A DNA stretch of 40,256 bases, taken from NCBI GenBank assembly GCA_001179505.1, contig CDMY01000627.1, positions 1-40,256 on the forward strand, written 5' to 3'. The notes beneath the pieces were generated by a model. That model did no database searches. It was not told the origin of the DNA and saw only the letters and a program-made list of their open reading frames with translations. This stretch comes from Vitrella brassicaformis CCMP3155 (Eukaryota; Protista; Chromerida). The translations under genes and the position numbers were made by a program. Positions 12,700 through 24,310 of the stretch are shown here, piece after piece; within the stretch, counting starts at the first letter, position 1, and every line of letters begins with the position of its first letter.

Positions 12700-13361
12700 A
12701 TGGCGACCACTCAGGTGAGTGAGCCAAATCAGACACACGCAGACAGACAGACAGACAGACAGACGACAGACAGGCGCGCGAGAGAGAGGTCGGCAGGCAG
12801 GCAGGCAGGCAGGCAGAGAGGCAGGTGGGAAGGCAGCACGGAGGGGCCACGTACGCGTCTGCTCACAGACACACACGCACCAGCTCTGATCAGATCTGAT
12901 CTGTGTCTGTCTGCTCCCCTCTCACTCACTCACTGACGTGCTGCTGTCCGTCTGGTGTCGCACGTGTTGGGTGCAGGTGTCGAAGAAGCGCAAGTTTGTG
13001 GCAGACGGTGTCTTCTACAGCGAGCTGAATGAGCTGCTCACCCGCATGCTGGCAGAGGACGGCTACTCGGGGGTGGAGGTCAGGGTCACACCCATACGGT
13101 AGGTAAGGTACGTAAGGTACCTACCTCTTGCCTTGGCGGCAGATGCAGACAGGAGGGAGACAGACAGACGGACAGACAGACAGACAGGCAGACAGCAGAC
13201 AGCCAGATGGGCTGACTTTGTCCTTGTCTATCTGTCTGTCTGTCTGTGTGTGTGTGGTCTCATTAGTACTGAGATCATCATCCGCGCCACTCGCACGCGT
13301 GAGGTGCTGGGCGAGAAGGGCAGACGCATACGGGAGCTCACTTCCATGGTACACACACATA

Positions 13362-13394
<33 letters not shown>

Positions 13395-14781
13395 GGACCC
13401 ATTGCATTTATGTGTGTGTATGTGTGTGTTTAGGTTCAGAAGCGGTTTCAGTTTGCCGAGAACTCGGTGGAGCTCTTCGCCGAGCGAGTCGAGAACCGCG
13501 CTCTCTGCGCCATGGTACACACAACACCCCTCCCCTCCCTCCCCCCGCACACAATGCATGTATGGATGGTGTTTGCAGGCCCAGGCCGAGTCGCTGCGTT
13601 ACAAGCTGCTGGGCGGGCTGCAGGTCCGCAGGGCCTGCTATGGCGTTCTGCGATTCGTCATGGAAAACGGAGCCAAAGGTACGCAGGGAGACCGACACGC
13701 ACACACAGAGAGAGAGAAATAGACGGGGAGAGATGAGGATGTGCTCGTGCAGGGTGTGAGGTGGTGGTGTCCGGCAAGTTGCGGGCGCAGCGCGCCAAGG
13801 CCATGAAGTTCGTCGATGGCTATATGGTATGCGGTGGATGTGTGTGGTGTGCACTATCTTGGGCGTGTGGTGTGGTGCCGTCTTGCTTATGTGTAGGTGT
13901 CCACAGGGCACCCGGCCACGCTCTACATCAACGAGGCATCCAGGAACGTCAAAATGAAGCAGGTACGCTGCCGTGGCCATGGGGGTGTCGCTTGCCAACA
14001 GACAGACAGACAGACAGGCAGGCAGACGGATGGATGTGGCGCAGGATGCGCACACATGCATATGTGGATCTTCTGTGCCCATTTCTGTGTCTGTCTGTGT
14101 GTGTTCACAGGGCATTTTGGGTGTGAAGGTCAAGATCATGCTGCCGTGCGACCCTGAGGGCAAACTCGGACCCAAAATGCCCATCCCAGACAAGATCGAA
14201 GTCCCCGACGTACGCAACCCCCCCCCCCCCCCCCCCCCCCNNNNNNNNNNNNNNNNNNNNNNNNNNNNNNNNNNNNNNNNNNNNNNNNNNNNNNNNNNNN
14301 NNNNNNNNNNNNNNNNNNNNNNNNNNNNNNNNNNNNNNNNNNNNNNNNNNNNNNNNNNNNNNNNNNNNNNNNNNNNNNNNNNNNNNNNNNNNNNNNNNNN
14401 NNNNNNNNNNNNNNNNNNNNNNNNNNNNNNNNNNNNNNNNNNNNNNNNNNNNNNNNNNNNNNNNNNNNNNNNNNNNNNNNNNNNNNNNNNNNNNNNNNNN
14501 NNNNNNNNNNNNNNNNNNNNNNNNNNNNNNNNNNNNNNNNCCCCCCCCCCCCCCCCCCCGCCCACACACACACAGAGAGAGAGAGAGAGAAAGAAAACGG
14601 CTGCATTGCGCTGTCTGTCTGTCCTGTGTAGCCGAAGCCCGAGCCCAAGGTGGTCGGCGAGCTGCCGCCCAGCCCGGCTGTCCCGCACATCGACCCGCAG
14701 CACCCGCCCTTCGGCACAGTCATGGCTGGGGGCGGTGGTGGGGGCGGCCACGACATGGGGGCGGGCATGGGGGCGCAGTGA
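12700..14781 (+). CDS. RPS3: 40S ribosomal protein S3 (uS3), 9 coding exons
   Basis: MATTQ|[41 protein letters not shown]|[27 protein letters not shown]|VQKRF...|[33 protein letters not shown]|[25 protein letters not shown]|...|[11 protein letters not shown]...|PKPEPK...GAQ*. All introns are GT-AG. Confidence 0.99.
14241..14540. other. Assembly gap (300 N) in the last RPS3 intron, flanked by C runs
   Basis: Exactly 300 N between poly-C tracts. Confidence 1.
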
Positions 14782-15099
14782 GTGCCAGTGAGTGTGTGGA
14801 TGTGTGTGTGGATGTGTATGTGCGAGAGAGGGAGAGGGAGAGGGAGAGGAAAGAGGGAGAAGGAGAGGTGTTTTGTCCGTTTTGGTTCTCCGTGACTGGC
14901 TTTCTGGATTGTCATACGCCAGTGTCCTCTCACTCGTCAACTGGCCACTCAGCTCAGTGTGTCGGCCGATGAGTGGGTGGGCGAGGTGGGATGACAATGC
15001 AGCCAGCCAGCCAGACAGACAGCAGGGGACAAGCCATGGTTGCACCAGCACACACACACATGCAGCTAGCAAGGAATGAATGAGGATGTACCTCTTTTT

Positions 15100-15560
15100 G
15101 ATCGCCCGTGGCGGTGTGGTGTGTTGTGTCGTTCGTTTTGCGTCTGTCGCTTGGGTGCGGGTGACGACTGCTCGCGAGAGTTGCCCTATCTCTCGTCGAT
15201 GCATTCGTCACACACGGCCGGCATACAGACGGAGACAACACACACACATTACCCACTGTAGTGAGGAGAGGAAAGAGAGTCGCAGAGAGAGAGGGGGGAG
15301 GGAATTCCTTCCTGGTAATCGATACACACGAAGGGAACAGCACTCGTCGTGTACGTGCTGTCAGTTCCCTCTAGCTGTCTGTTTGTGTTCTTGTACTCGA
15401 CCTGTCGATGCACGTGTGTGTGTCTTCACGGTGACTCGCATGCGACCGTCGATGGAGCGGGAGATGAGACACAGACAGACAAGGAGAGGAACGAACAGAC
15501 AGACAGACAGGAGAGATAGTGTATGTCGCGTATCGGTTTTCCGTCCGTGTGCGTGTCCTC
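15100..15560 (-). repeat. Diverged copy of the dyad-containing repeat family
   Basis: Contains CGAGAG-ttgccctat-CTCTCG (15175-15195) followed by tcacacacggccggcatacagac. A later block resembles the gtgtgtgtcgacggcaatgactcacatg...gagatgcacagac segment of the 20.5-25 kb units. Boundaries are approximate. Confidence 0.7.
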
Positions 15561-16711
15561 CCTCCCTCTCGCCCTGTGTACATGACCCACCACTCGGCTA
15601 TGCCCGAGCATCAGTGCGTCGAGAGCGCTGGTGCTTTTGGATTGCCGGGTGGTGGCACACATGCCCACAGGGGAGAGATAGAGGAACGGGCAACACTCAG
15701 GCACGTCGATTTTCGTTGCATGCATGGCGCATGTCATATGTGGATGTGTGTCGCGTTTTTGTCTGTTTCCCACACCGCACACAAGTGATGTCTGTCTGTC
15801 TGTCTATGCAGGAATGACCCAGGTAGGCAGGCAGCTTTATACCGTCATGTGTATACTCCCCCATCCAAATGAGCCCGGGCCGGGAGAAGCGCCCGTCGCG
15901 TTTGTATGTATATATTTGTGTACAGGCAACACACCACACCACACCATGACACGACACGACCAGTATGTAAGTATGTGTGTGTGTGTGGATGTGTATTAGC
16001 TTTCTGTCTAGCTCTCTGTCTGTCTGCTTCGATCTGCCATGTCCATCTTTCCAGCCGTCTATGTCTGTCTGTCTGTCTGAATGTCTGTAATGGGTGGGTC
16101 TATGAGGCACTTTGCATACAGTAGGGTAGGTAGGTGAGGGGGTGTGGCACTCACTCTCTCTCTCGTGGCTGCGTGCTGCATGATGTGTATGTCCATGGCA
16201 TGCAATCGTCTCTCACTCTCTCTCAGCTGCAGTGTGAATGCGAGTGTGTGTGTCTGTCTCATGTCATGTCATGTCATGTGTGAATTGAATTGGCGACGCG
16301 ACGAATCATGAAATGCGACAAGATTCTATTTCTTTCAATAAACAGAGTACGTCGTTTGAATGCGCAGTGATCAACAAGGTTGACGATAGAAGAAGTAACT
16401 GATTGCATGTCAGTCAGCATCATCCAGGTAGGCAGGTAGTCTGTAAATCAGTGCCGATCAAACTGTGTCGATCAATCGCCACACTGGGCCGCACACAAGC
16501 ATAGATACGATCTGCAGCTGCACATTCACCTAATCACAGCACCACACAGACTCAATACCCTCCTGCCTGTCTCTGCCTGCCTGCCTGCCTGCCTGTCTGT
16601 ATACTGTGAAAAGTGCTGCATTCTCCTTATTGGTGCCTCCCATCAATTCATGTGTGTGGGCAGACGCTATCAAAAATGGCTATGCCTTAGAGCACATGGG
16701 CGAATGGATAG

Positions 16712-19175
16712 CGAGGCGGGCGAGGTTTGATAGAAGCCATGTCGACTGACTGCATGTCCCCCCCTCCCCCCTCACACACACACACATCCATCCATGTATC
16801 CATCACATCGCTTGGTCATGTGACTCATGACGACAGCAAGTACGGGGGTGCACACGCATCGCGATGTGGGTGGCCCTGGCTCTCTACTCTGTGCAGCGGC
16901 CTGCAGCAGTGGAGGGATGTCACTCAAAGCTCGACTGCTGACAGACACCTCAGTGGCGACCTGACACGCACAGACACACACACACACACACACGTCGACA
17001 CACACACGTGCACATGAACGGCACACATTCAGTGCACTGGTGGATGGCATTATGGCGAGGTCACGGAGTGGTGCCCAGTGGCACCAGGTAGAGTGATTCT
17101 GGTTCTTGTGTCGTGTTGGTGGTCGGCTGTTGGCGTATTGGATGGCCGGGTCGGTCGCGAGACTCACTAGCGGCTCAGCGACACACAGACATCCCCTCCT
17201 CTCTCTCTCCTTTGCCCATCAGTGGTCGCGGGCGTACGGACGGACCCCAGCTGAGCTGAGCTGAACTGCTTAATGCCGCGGGCGGCTGTCGACTTACGGG
17301 CAGTCTGCATGACCATTCGACACACACAGGGCACACACACAGGGCACACACACAGGGCACACACACAGGGCACACACACAGCCACAGACACGTCTCTCTC
17401 GGCACGTTTGGTCTCCTCGGGCATCGTGCATGTGTCGCCACCGGCTGTGCATGCGTACCGTGTTGGTGCGGTGTAGCTGACCGAGAGAGGGAGGGCTGGG
17501 CAGTGCTGACCACCACGTGTCGGGTGGCGGTGCAGTCCTGGGCTTCGTTTATAGTGAGGAAGCTTATCGCTGGCGAACGGACCACTTCACCAGCTCCCGC
17601 ACTCTTCGACTACTCGCACTCGCGTACTTTCATCGGCAGGCCACTCCCGTGCAGGAATGGCCTGTGACCGGGTCGTTTCTACTCACCGCAGTCGTCTCGT
17701 GCTTCTGCCTCAAGGGAATGAGGACCTGGATGAGGACAGAGAGGGCTCCGACCCGCACACGAGTTGTCTCTGCTCAAAATCTTGCAAGCTCAGAGGCAGG
17801 GCGATCAGGACCTTCGTTCGTTCGTTAGCGGGCACCGAGGCCCCGGCCCCTGAGGGCAGATGGTGTGTCCAATCAATGCGTCCGTAAGTCTAAAGTGGCC
17901 AGCGCTCAGATGAAAAATCGACCACTGCTCGTTCTTGAAAAGAAAAGCCAGACACTTCGCCAGCCAACAGCACAGAACAGCCAGACAGCAGAGGAGAGAG
18001 AGGCCAGAAGGGCAACAAAGCAGGCCAGCCTCAGGCGCAGAACGTGCAGGCAAGTAAAGATGCTGTGTCAATGAGATGCTGTCGATGAGATTGTCGATGA
18101 GATGATGTGTGTGTCCCCCTCACACACTGGCTGAAGATGAAGTGACATACCTGCCTAGTAGTGCACGCCCGCCCCATCACACACGACTGATCCACCCCAC
18201 ACCCAGATGCATAGAACAGCCAGACAGCAGAGGAGAGAGAGGCCAGAAGGGCAACAAAGCAGGCCAGCCTCAGGCGCAGAACGTGCAGGCAAGTAAAGAT
18301 GCTGTGTCAATGAGATGCTGTCGATGAGATGATGTGTGTGTCCCCTTCACACAGACCTTGTACTCGGAAGCCCGGGACTCTCTTCTCGGAACCCACAGCC
18401 CCCGTCGATGAGGTGCGCGCACAGAGGAGATGCACATCTCATGTGATCTTACCGTTTCTGCGCCGTGGCTTTGTGCACGCAGGTGTGCATGGCGGTGGCG
18501 GGGCGGGTGACTGATGCGCATTTCCCAAGACTCTCCGGCTTCGCCAGCGCGTCAACACTCACCCCACTCGCCGTCGGCTGCCGTCGCCACACAGCGAGTC
18601 TGACTGACGCTGCTGCTCGTACACATGGAAGGCAGATCGGCCGATGCGTCGACTGCCTACTGCTGACTGACCTGAGTCGCTTTCTCTGTCGCGTGAATGC
18701 ATGGCTGGCTGTGGAGAACTGGGTGTTTGTTCGGTCTGTCGTGTCACTCACTTGCTGTGTGCGTCGTCACGTTGCCTGTGCTGTTCCGCTTGCTGTCTGT
18801 GCGAGAGCTAAGTGTGAGCCATGCTCACGAGAGGGGCCGTATCTCTCGTCGATGTACACGTCACACACGGTCGTCGCACAGACAGACAGGCGAAGAGGCG
18901 AGCAACCACACACACACACACACAGGTATGTCGCGTTTGCTCTCCTTCTTGTGTCTTCCCCTCTGCTGTGTGTGTGATTGTCTTTGGCAATCGAGAGTGG
19001 CAGCATGTGAATGTGCTTGTCGTTTTGAGATTGCCGATGGCCGTGACATGCACACAAGAGGGAGGTGCGTGTGCACAATGGACTCCACACGCAGCAATGT
19101 TTTCTCTTCCTTGGTTGGGTGACGGATGTGCACATGGATGGATGGATGGATGCGTGTGTGTGCTCACGTGACGCG
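16712..19175 (-). repeat. Right copy of the inverted segmental duplication, with an insertion of about 570 bp (about 17795-18360)
   Basis: Reverse complement of 1-1875. The segment at about 17795-18360 has no counterpart near 824-845. Confidence 0.95.
17974..18352 (+). repeat. Pair of about 140-150 bp direct repeats (17974-about 18125 and 18213-about 18352)
   Basis: agaacagccagacagcagaggagagagaggccagaagggcaacaaagcagg...gatgatgtgtgtgtcccc occurs twice, 239 bp apart. Confidence 0.95.
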
Positions 19176-19779
19176 AAGAGCGCTTGTTGGTGTCCTGCCA
19201 CTCGTGTCGATACAGTACATGCAGCTAAGCGATCCTGCCTGACCGATTTGCTGTGTCTGCCTGTCGATTAAGGGGCATTTTGTAGTGGGTTGCAAGAAGA
19301 CTGACTTCTGCGATGATCCGTCTTGTTTTCCTGCGTGGACATCTGTCTTGCCTCCTCTATCTCACTGCATCTAACTCGTGTCGCAGTAGCGCCAGAGCAC
19401 CAGCACAGCGACAGCGTTGGTGTTGTCACGTTGCTGCGTCATGGGTGCGATGCATTGAGGGAAGATGGGAGGAATGAATGGATGGATGGATTCTATGGTG
19501 ACTGAATCATCCAAACACTGAGAGGCATAACTGTCAGAGAGGGGCAGTTCGCGCAGGGGATCCCCGACCCGGAATCTACAGTGAGCACACAACACATGCA
19601 CTGAACACCCCTATCTATCCAGGTATGCATCTTCCTCTGTGTTGCTGGCGTGCAGGTTGATCACCAGACCCCTCCCCGGCCTTCGAGATGCAGACCTCCC
19701 TCCCCCGCCTCCCTGCTGTGCTCGGCTGCCCTCTGTCCATCACCAGCAAAACTCTCCGGCTATCATCAGCAAGTCGTTA

Positions 19780-20280
19780 TGGGCATGCCGTTGCGCTGTG
19801 CTGTCGCTGAGCTGTGGTTCGTTTTCCGTCTGTCAGGAAGCTGTGTGGGACGGATGCTCTCGAGAGTGTTGCCATCTCTCGTTGCCGCACCCGTCACACA
19901 CGGCCGACGTACAGACGGCAGACGAACACACTCACGGGCACATATGGTTTGACTGACTGGCTGGCTGCGCACGTGTCGATTGCCGTGTTGGGGAGCGGGA
20001 TGCGAAAGACCCTGGCTGTGCCCTTTTGTCGTTCGTGTGCGGTGACACCGTGTGGATGGATGGCGCGTGTTTTGTAGTGAAGGCGGACGAGACACCGACA
20101 CATGAATACGCACATCGATGTGCGTATCATTCATGTGTTTTGTGTACGCGGGCGGATGGACAGTCCACACACACAAACACTGGAAGAGAGATATATGGGA
20201 TTTCGTCAGTATCCCTGTCTGACTGTGTAGCACGTCCGTCCTCCGCTGACGCTCATTCTTGTGTCGGTGATGATAGTGAG
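19780..20280 (-). repeat. Diverged partial copy of the dyad-containing repeat unit
   Basis: Dyad at 19861-19881. The sequence gtccctgtctgactgtgtagcacgtc near 20210 parallels gcctttgtctgactgtgtaccacgtc in units A and B. Confidence 0.75.
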
Positions 20281-20328
20281 ACAGACAGACAGACAGACAG
20301 ACAGGCAAGACAGAGGGAGGGAGGGCGT

Positions 20329-20363
<35 letters not shown>

Positions 20364-20448
20364 TGTGCCTGTCTGCTTGTGTATGCGTGTGTGTGCATTG
20401 TGCTGGTTTTCTACCGGTCGCTGACTCGCTGACTCGTTGTCTGGCTGG

Positions 20449-20500
20449 ACTGCCATTCGTCATCCAGCTCGAACTGCCATTCGTCATCCAGCTCGAACTG
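20449..20500. repeat. Perfect 24-bp tandem duplication
   Basis: actgccattcgtcatccagctcga x2, plus a partial actg. Confidence 0.95.
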
Positions 20501-20779
20501 GCCGGCTGCTCACTAACTACGGTGTGTCGGCCGGTGAGTTGGAGGCGGAGAGCGAATGACAGTGACGGCTGACAGACAGACAGAGATGAGGATCGAGTGG
20601 CTGGCTGCTGATGCATCTGTGTGCTGCAATATATAAGGTGTGCTGTGCTGTGCTCTGGTGTCATTCGCTCGCCGTGTCTGTCAGTTGGGATTGTGGGACG
20701 TGTGCTCACGAGAGTGTTGCCATCTCTCGTTGATGCAGCCGTCACACACGGCCGGCACACAGACAGACAGGCGAACCAC

Positions 20780-20810
<31 letters not shown>

Positions 20811-21620
20811 CAGAGAGGCATAACTGTAAGAGAGAGAGGGGTCACATCCATCCATCCCTCCACACACACGACTGTCCATTGGTCTGCTTGGTCAGAGCCT
20901 TTGTCTGACTGTGTACCACGTCCCTCGCAGACGCCCGTGTGTGTGTCGACGGCAATGACTCACATGTGAGCGTCGGCGGTGGGGCGAGATGCACAGACTG
21001 GCAGAACAGACAGACAGACCGACAGAGAGAGAGACAGACAGACAGACAGAGAGAGGGAGAGAGACAGAGGTCTTGGGAGCGGACAATTTTCGTTTTAGTG
21101 TCCTCCCTCTGTCTGTCGGTTATCGGCGTCGGCGATGTGCCGCGAACCTGAGAGCGATCGTATCATGTCCATGTCCATGTGTAAGTCCATGTGTATGTGT
21201 ACACACACGTAATTGTACATATCACCCAGTACATACACACGGGCCTGGCCTGCATGGCATTCTGTGTATTCGGCTGTCTGCGCACCCACACTCATCTTCC
21301 TGCCTGTTTGGTCTTTCCTCTGTGTGGTCTCCATCTCTCTCTTGCGCGCACTTTAGCTGGTGTGTGGAAATCATCCGAAGAGCAGCAGCACAGATGACGG
21401 CTATGTGTCTTGTGTTGCATTTCTTGTATCGGCTAGGATGAGGCGCGTGAAGTGGGGAGTGGCACAGTATGACACACCGATGGACGGACAATGCATGCCT
21501 ACACACCCAGACACCTGTTGTCGACACAACCCAATGCATGCGGCTGCGAAATTTGTTGATCAAGGCCCCATTGCATCTTGCGAGCTTAGATGAGCTGGAG
21601 ATCTCCTTCCCCTCCTCGCC

Positions 21621-21923
21621 ATGTCCACTCTGCCTCGTTCGTGGGAGGAGCCCCCGGCCGATGCCGACCCGCGGCCAGCAGAGGGCATCTCGGCAGAGGC
21701 ATACATGAAGCAAGGCATCGCTCACAGCATGGCATGGCTCACCGGAGGCCCAAAGACCACAGCCCCCGACCTCGTCAGCGAGTTCGAGCGGAAGCGGCAG
21801 AAGGGCAAGGGCAACGGCAGTGGTGGTGAGCTGCTGACGATTCGCGTGGAGATGGTTGGTGTCCGTGTGGAGGGGAGCAAGATCTGGCGGCGAGTGCGGG
21901 TGCGCTCTGACCTCGATTTGGCC
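21621..21923 (+). CDS. pRiA4b ORF3-like protein, copy A (exon 1 only, truncated by gap)
   Basis: MSTLPRSWEE...KIWRRVRVRSDLDLA is identical in protein to copy B. One synonymous GTC/GTG change was noticed. Confidence 0.8.
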
Positions 21924-22223
21924 NNNNNNNNNNNNNNNNNNNNNNNNNNNNNNNNNNNNNNNNNNNNNNNNNNNNNNNNNNNNNNNNNNNNNNNNNNNNN
22001 NNNNNNNNNNNNNNNNNNNNNNNNNNNNNNNNNNNNNNNNNNNNNNNNNNNNNNNNNNNNNNNNNNNNNNNNNNNNNNNNNNNNNNNNNNNNNNNNNNNN
22101 NNNNNNNNNNNNNNNNNNNNNNNNNNNNNNNNNNNNNNNNNNNNNNNNNNNNNNNNNNNNNNNNNNNNNNNNNNNNNNNNNNNNNNNNNNNNNNNNNNNN
22201 NNNNNNNNNNNNNNNNNNNNNNN
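21924..22223. other. Assembly gap (300 N) within the tandem array
   Basis: Exactly 300 N. A complete unit would need more than 1.1 kb here, so the size is a placeholder. Confidence 1.
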
Positions 22224-22857
22224 TGGTCAGAGCCTTTGTCTGACTGTGTACCACGTCCCTCGCAGACGCCCGTGTGTGTGTCGACGGCAATGACTCACAT
22301 GTGAGCGTCGGCGGTGGGGCGAGATGCACAGACAGGCAGGGAACAGACAGACAGACAGACAGAAGCAAACAGACAGAGGTCTTGGGAGCGGACGATTTTC
22401 GTTAAGTGTCCTCCCTCTGCCTGTTGTCTGCGTCGGCGAATTCGTTTCACGTCCATGTGTATGTGCATATTTGTACATATCACCCGACACACATACATAC
22501 ACGGGCCTGGTCTGCATGGCATGGGTGGCATTCTGTGTGTTCGGCTGTCTGCGCACCCACACTCATCTTCCTGCCTGTTTGGTCTTTCCTCTGTGAGGTT
22601 TCCGTCTCTCTCTTGCGCGCGCTTTAGCTGGTGTGTGGAAATCATCCGAAGAGCAGCAGCACAGATGACGGCTATGTGTCTTGTGTTGCATTTCTTGTAT
22701 CGGCTAGGATGAGGCGCGTGAAGTGGGGAGTGGCACAATATGACATACCGATGGACGGACAATGCATGCCTACACACCCAGACACCTATTGCCGTGTCAA
22801 GGCCCCATTGCACCGGTCACTTGCGAGCTGAGATGAGCTGGAGATCTCCTCCTCGCC

Positions 22858-24010
22858 ATGTCCACTCTGCCTCGTTCGTGGGAGGAGCCCCCGGCCGATG
22901 CCGACCCGCGGCCAGCAGAGGGCATCTCGGCAGAGGCATACATGAAGCAAGGCATCGCTCACAGCATGGCATGGCTCACCGGAGGCCCAAAGACCACAGC
23001 CCCCGACCTCGTCAGCGAGTTCGAGCGGAAGCGGCAGAAGGGCAAGGGCAACGGCAGTGGTGGTGAGCTGCTGACGATTCGCGTGGAGATGGTTGGTGTG
23101 CGTGTGGAGGGGAGCAAGATCTGGCGGCGAGTGCGGGTGCGCTCTGACCTCGATTTGGCCGCTATGGTGAGTGAGGAGTGGCCCCACACAGAGGAAGACA
23201 CACACACACACACACATGCGAGGAAAGAGCAATTGCGGCGTGTTCTGTGCGTGTGGTGGTGTGTGCTGTGTGCAGCACAAGAAGGTGCTGGTGCCTGCGA
23301 TGGGATGGGCGCCCGACTACCACGGCTACGCATTCATGCGCAAGCCGTTCGACCGCTGCAGCCTGCCGATGGGTGTGTCCTTCGGCCCGACCGACACCTG
23401 GTACAACGACTGCATGCACGTGCCCATGATGGGCATGGACATGCAGGACGCCTCTCGCGTGCACATCGCCGACCTCTTCACCGACGGACGGTCAGAGGCC
23501 GTCTACGTGTACGACCTCGGCGACTTCTTCGTCCACCAGCTCCTGCTCGAACGCCGCACAGCCATACCCCCCACTGACACCAACACGAGCAAGACGATTG
23601 CTGCCGAGCTGCTGGACGGCGCCAACGCCTGTCCGCCAGAGGACTGCCACGGCAACCGCGGCTACGCCGAGATGCTCGACAAGATCGACGACGCGCGGCG
23701 GGCGGGCAGCCGCTGCAAATTCATCGACGCCATGGCCGAGGGCAACCACGCCCGCAACTACCCCAACCACGACTTTTGCCCCACACGATTCGACCTCACT
23801 CTCGCCCAGAGCCGCGTCAAGGCGTTCTTCCAGCGCCCCGGCTTCGGGCAGGCCCCTGCTGAGCTCGGCCGCACGTGTGCGTGCGCACTCTGTCGGCGGC
23901 GAGCGGGGTTGGGTACAGGGGGCATGGTGTTGGCGGGGGTCCCGATGATATCTGCGGGTGGTGGGGAGGCGGACGCGGCCGCTCGGCAGATGAGCAATTT
24001 GCAGAGGGGC
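22858..24010 (+). CDS. Plasmid pRiA4b ORF-3 family (PF07929; IS1096 passenger TnpR-like) protein, copy B, 3' end lost in gap
   Basis: Exon 1 is 22858-23166, the GT-AG intron is 23167-23275, and exon 2 runs from 23276 into the gap. Motifs are KIWRRVRV...AM|HKKVLVPAMGW..YHGYAF, YVYDLGDFFVH and LLDGANACPPEDCHGNRGYAEML, matching the family pattern IWRR..V...LH......GW...H...F, YxYDFGDxWxH, GxxAxPPEDxGGxxGY. Confidence 0.85.
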
Positions 24011-24310
24011 NNNNNNNNNNNNNNNNNNNNNNNNNNNNNNNNNNNNNNNNNNNNNNNNNNNNNNNNNNNNNNNNNNNNNNNNNNNNNNNNNNNNNNNNNN
24101 NNNNNNNNNNNNNNNNNNNNNNNNNNNNNNNNNNNNNNNNNNNNNNNNNNNNNNNNNNNNNNNNNNNNNNNNNNNNNNNNNNNNNNNNNNNNNNNNNNNN
24201 NNNNNNNNNNNNNNNNNNNNNNNNNNNNNNNNNNNNNNNNNNNNNNNNNNNNNNNNNNNNNNNNNNNNNNNNNNNNNNNNNNNNNNNNNNNNNNNNNNNN
24301 NNNNNNNNNN
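24011..24310. other. Assembly gap (300 N) within the tandem array
   Basis: Exactly 300 N. Confidence 1.

Noticed and set aside
12700-14781. Intron-encoded snoRNA in RPS3, as in vertebrates
   Set aside because: The visible introns are short and microsatellite-filled with no convincing C/D or H/ACA layout. The gapped intron cannot be judged.
15560-16700. Possible small spliced gene between RPS3 and the repeat
   Set aside because: Scattered splice-like sites occur on both strands, but no phase-consistent, protein-like exon chain could be built.
17321-17385. 13-bp minisatellite (cacacacacaggg) x4
   Set aside because: Ordinary slippage expansion of an intron-type microsatellite.
1-19175. Composite DNA transposon or Helitron interpretation of the inverted repeats and hairpin
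   Set aside because: No transposase or RepHel ORF, no target-site duplication, and no CTRR end next to the hairpin. Outer boundaries are not visible.
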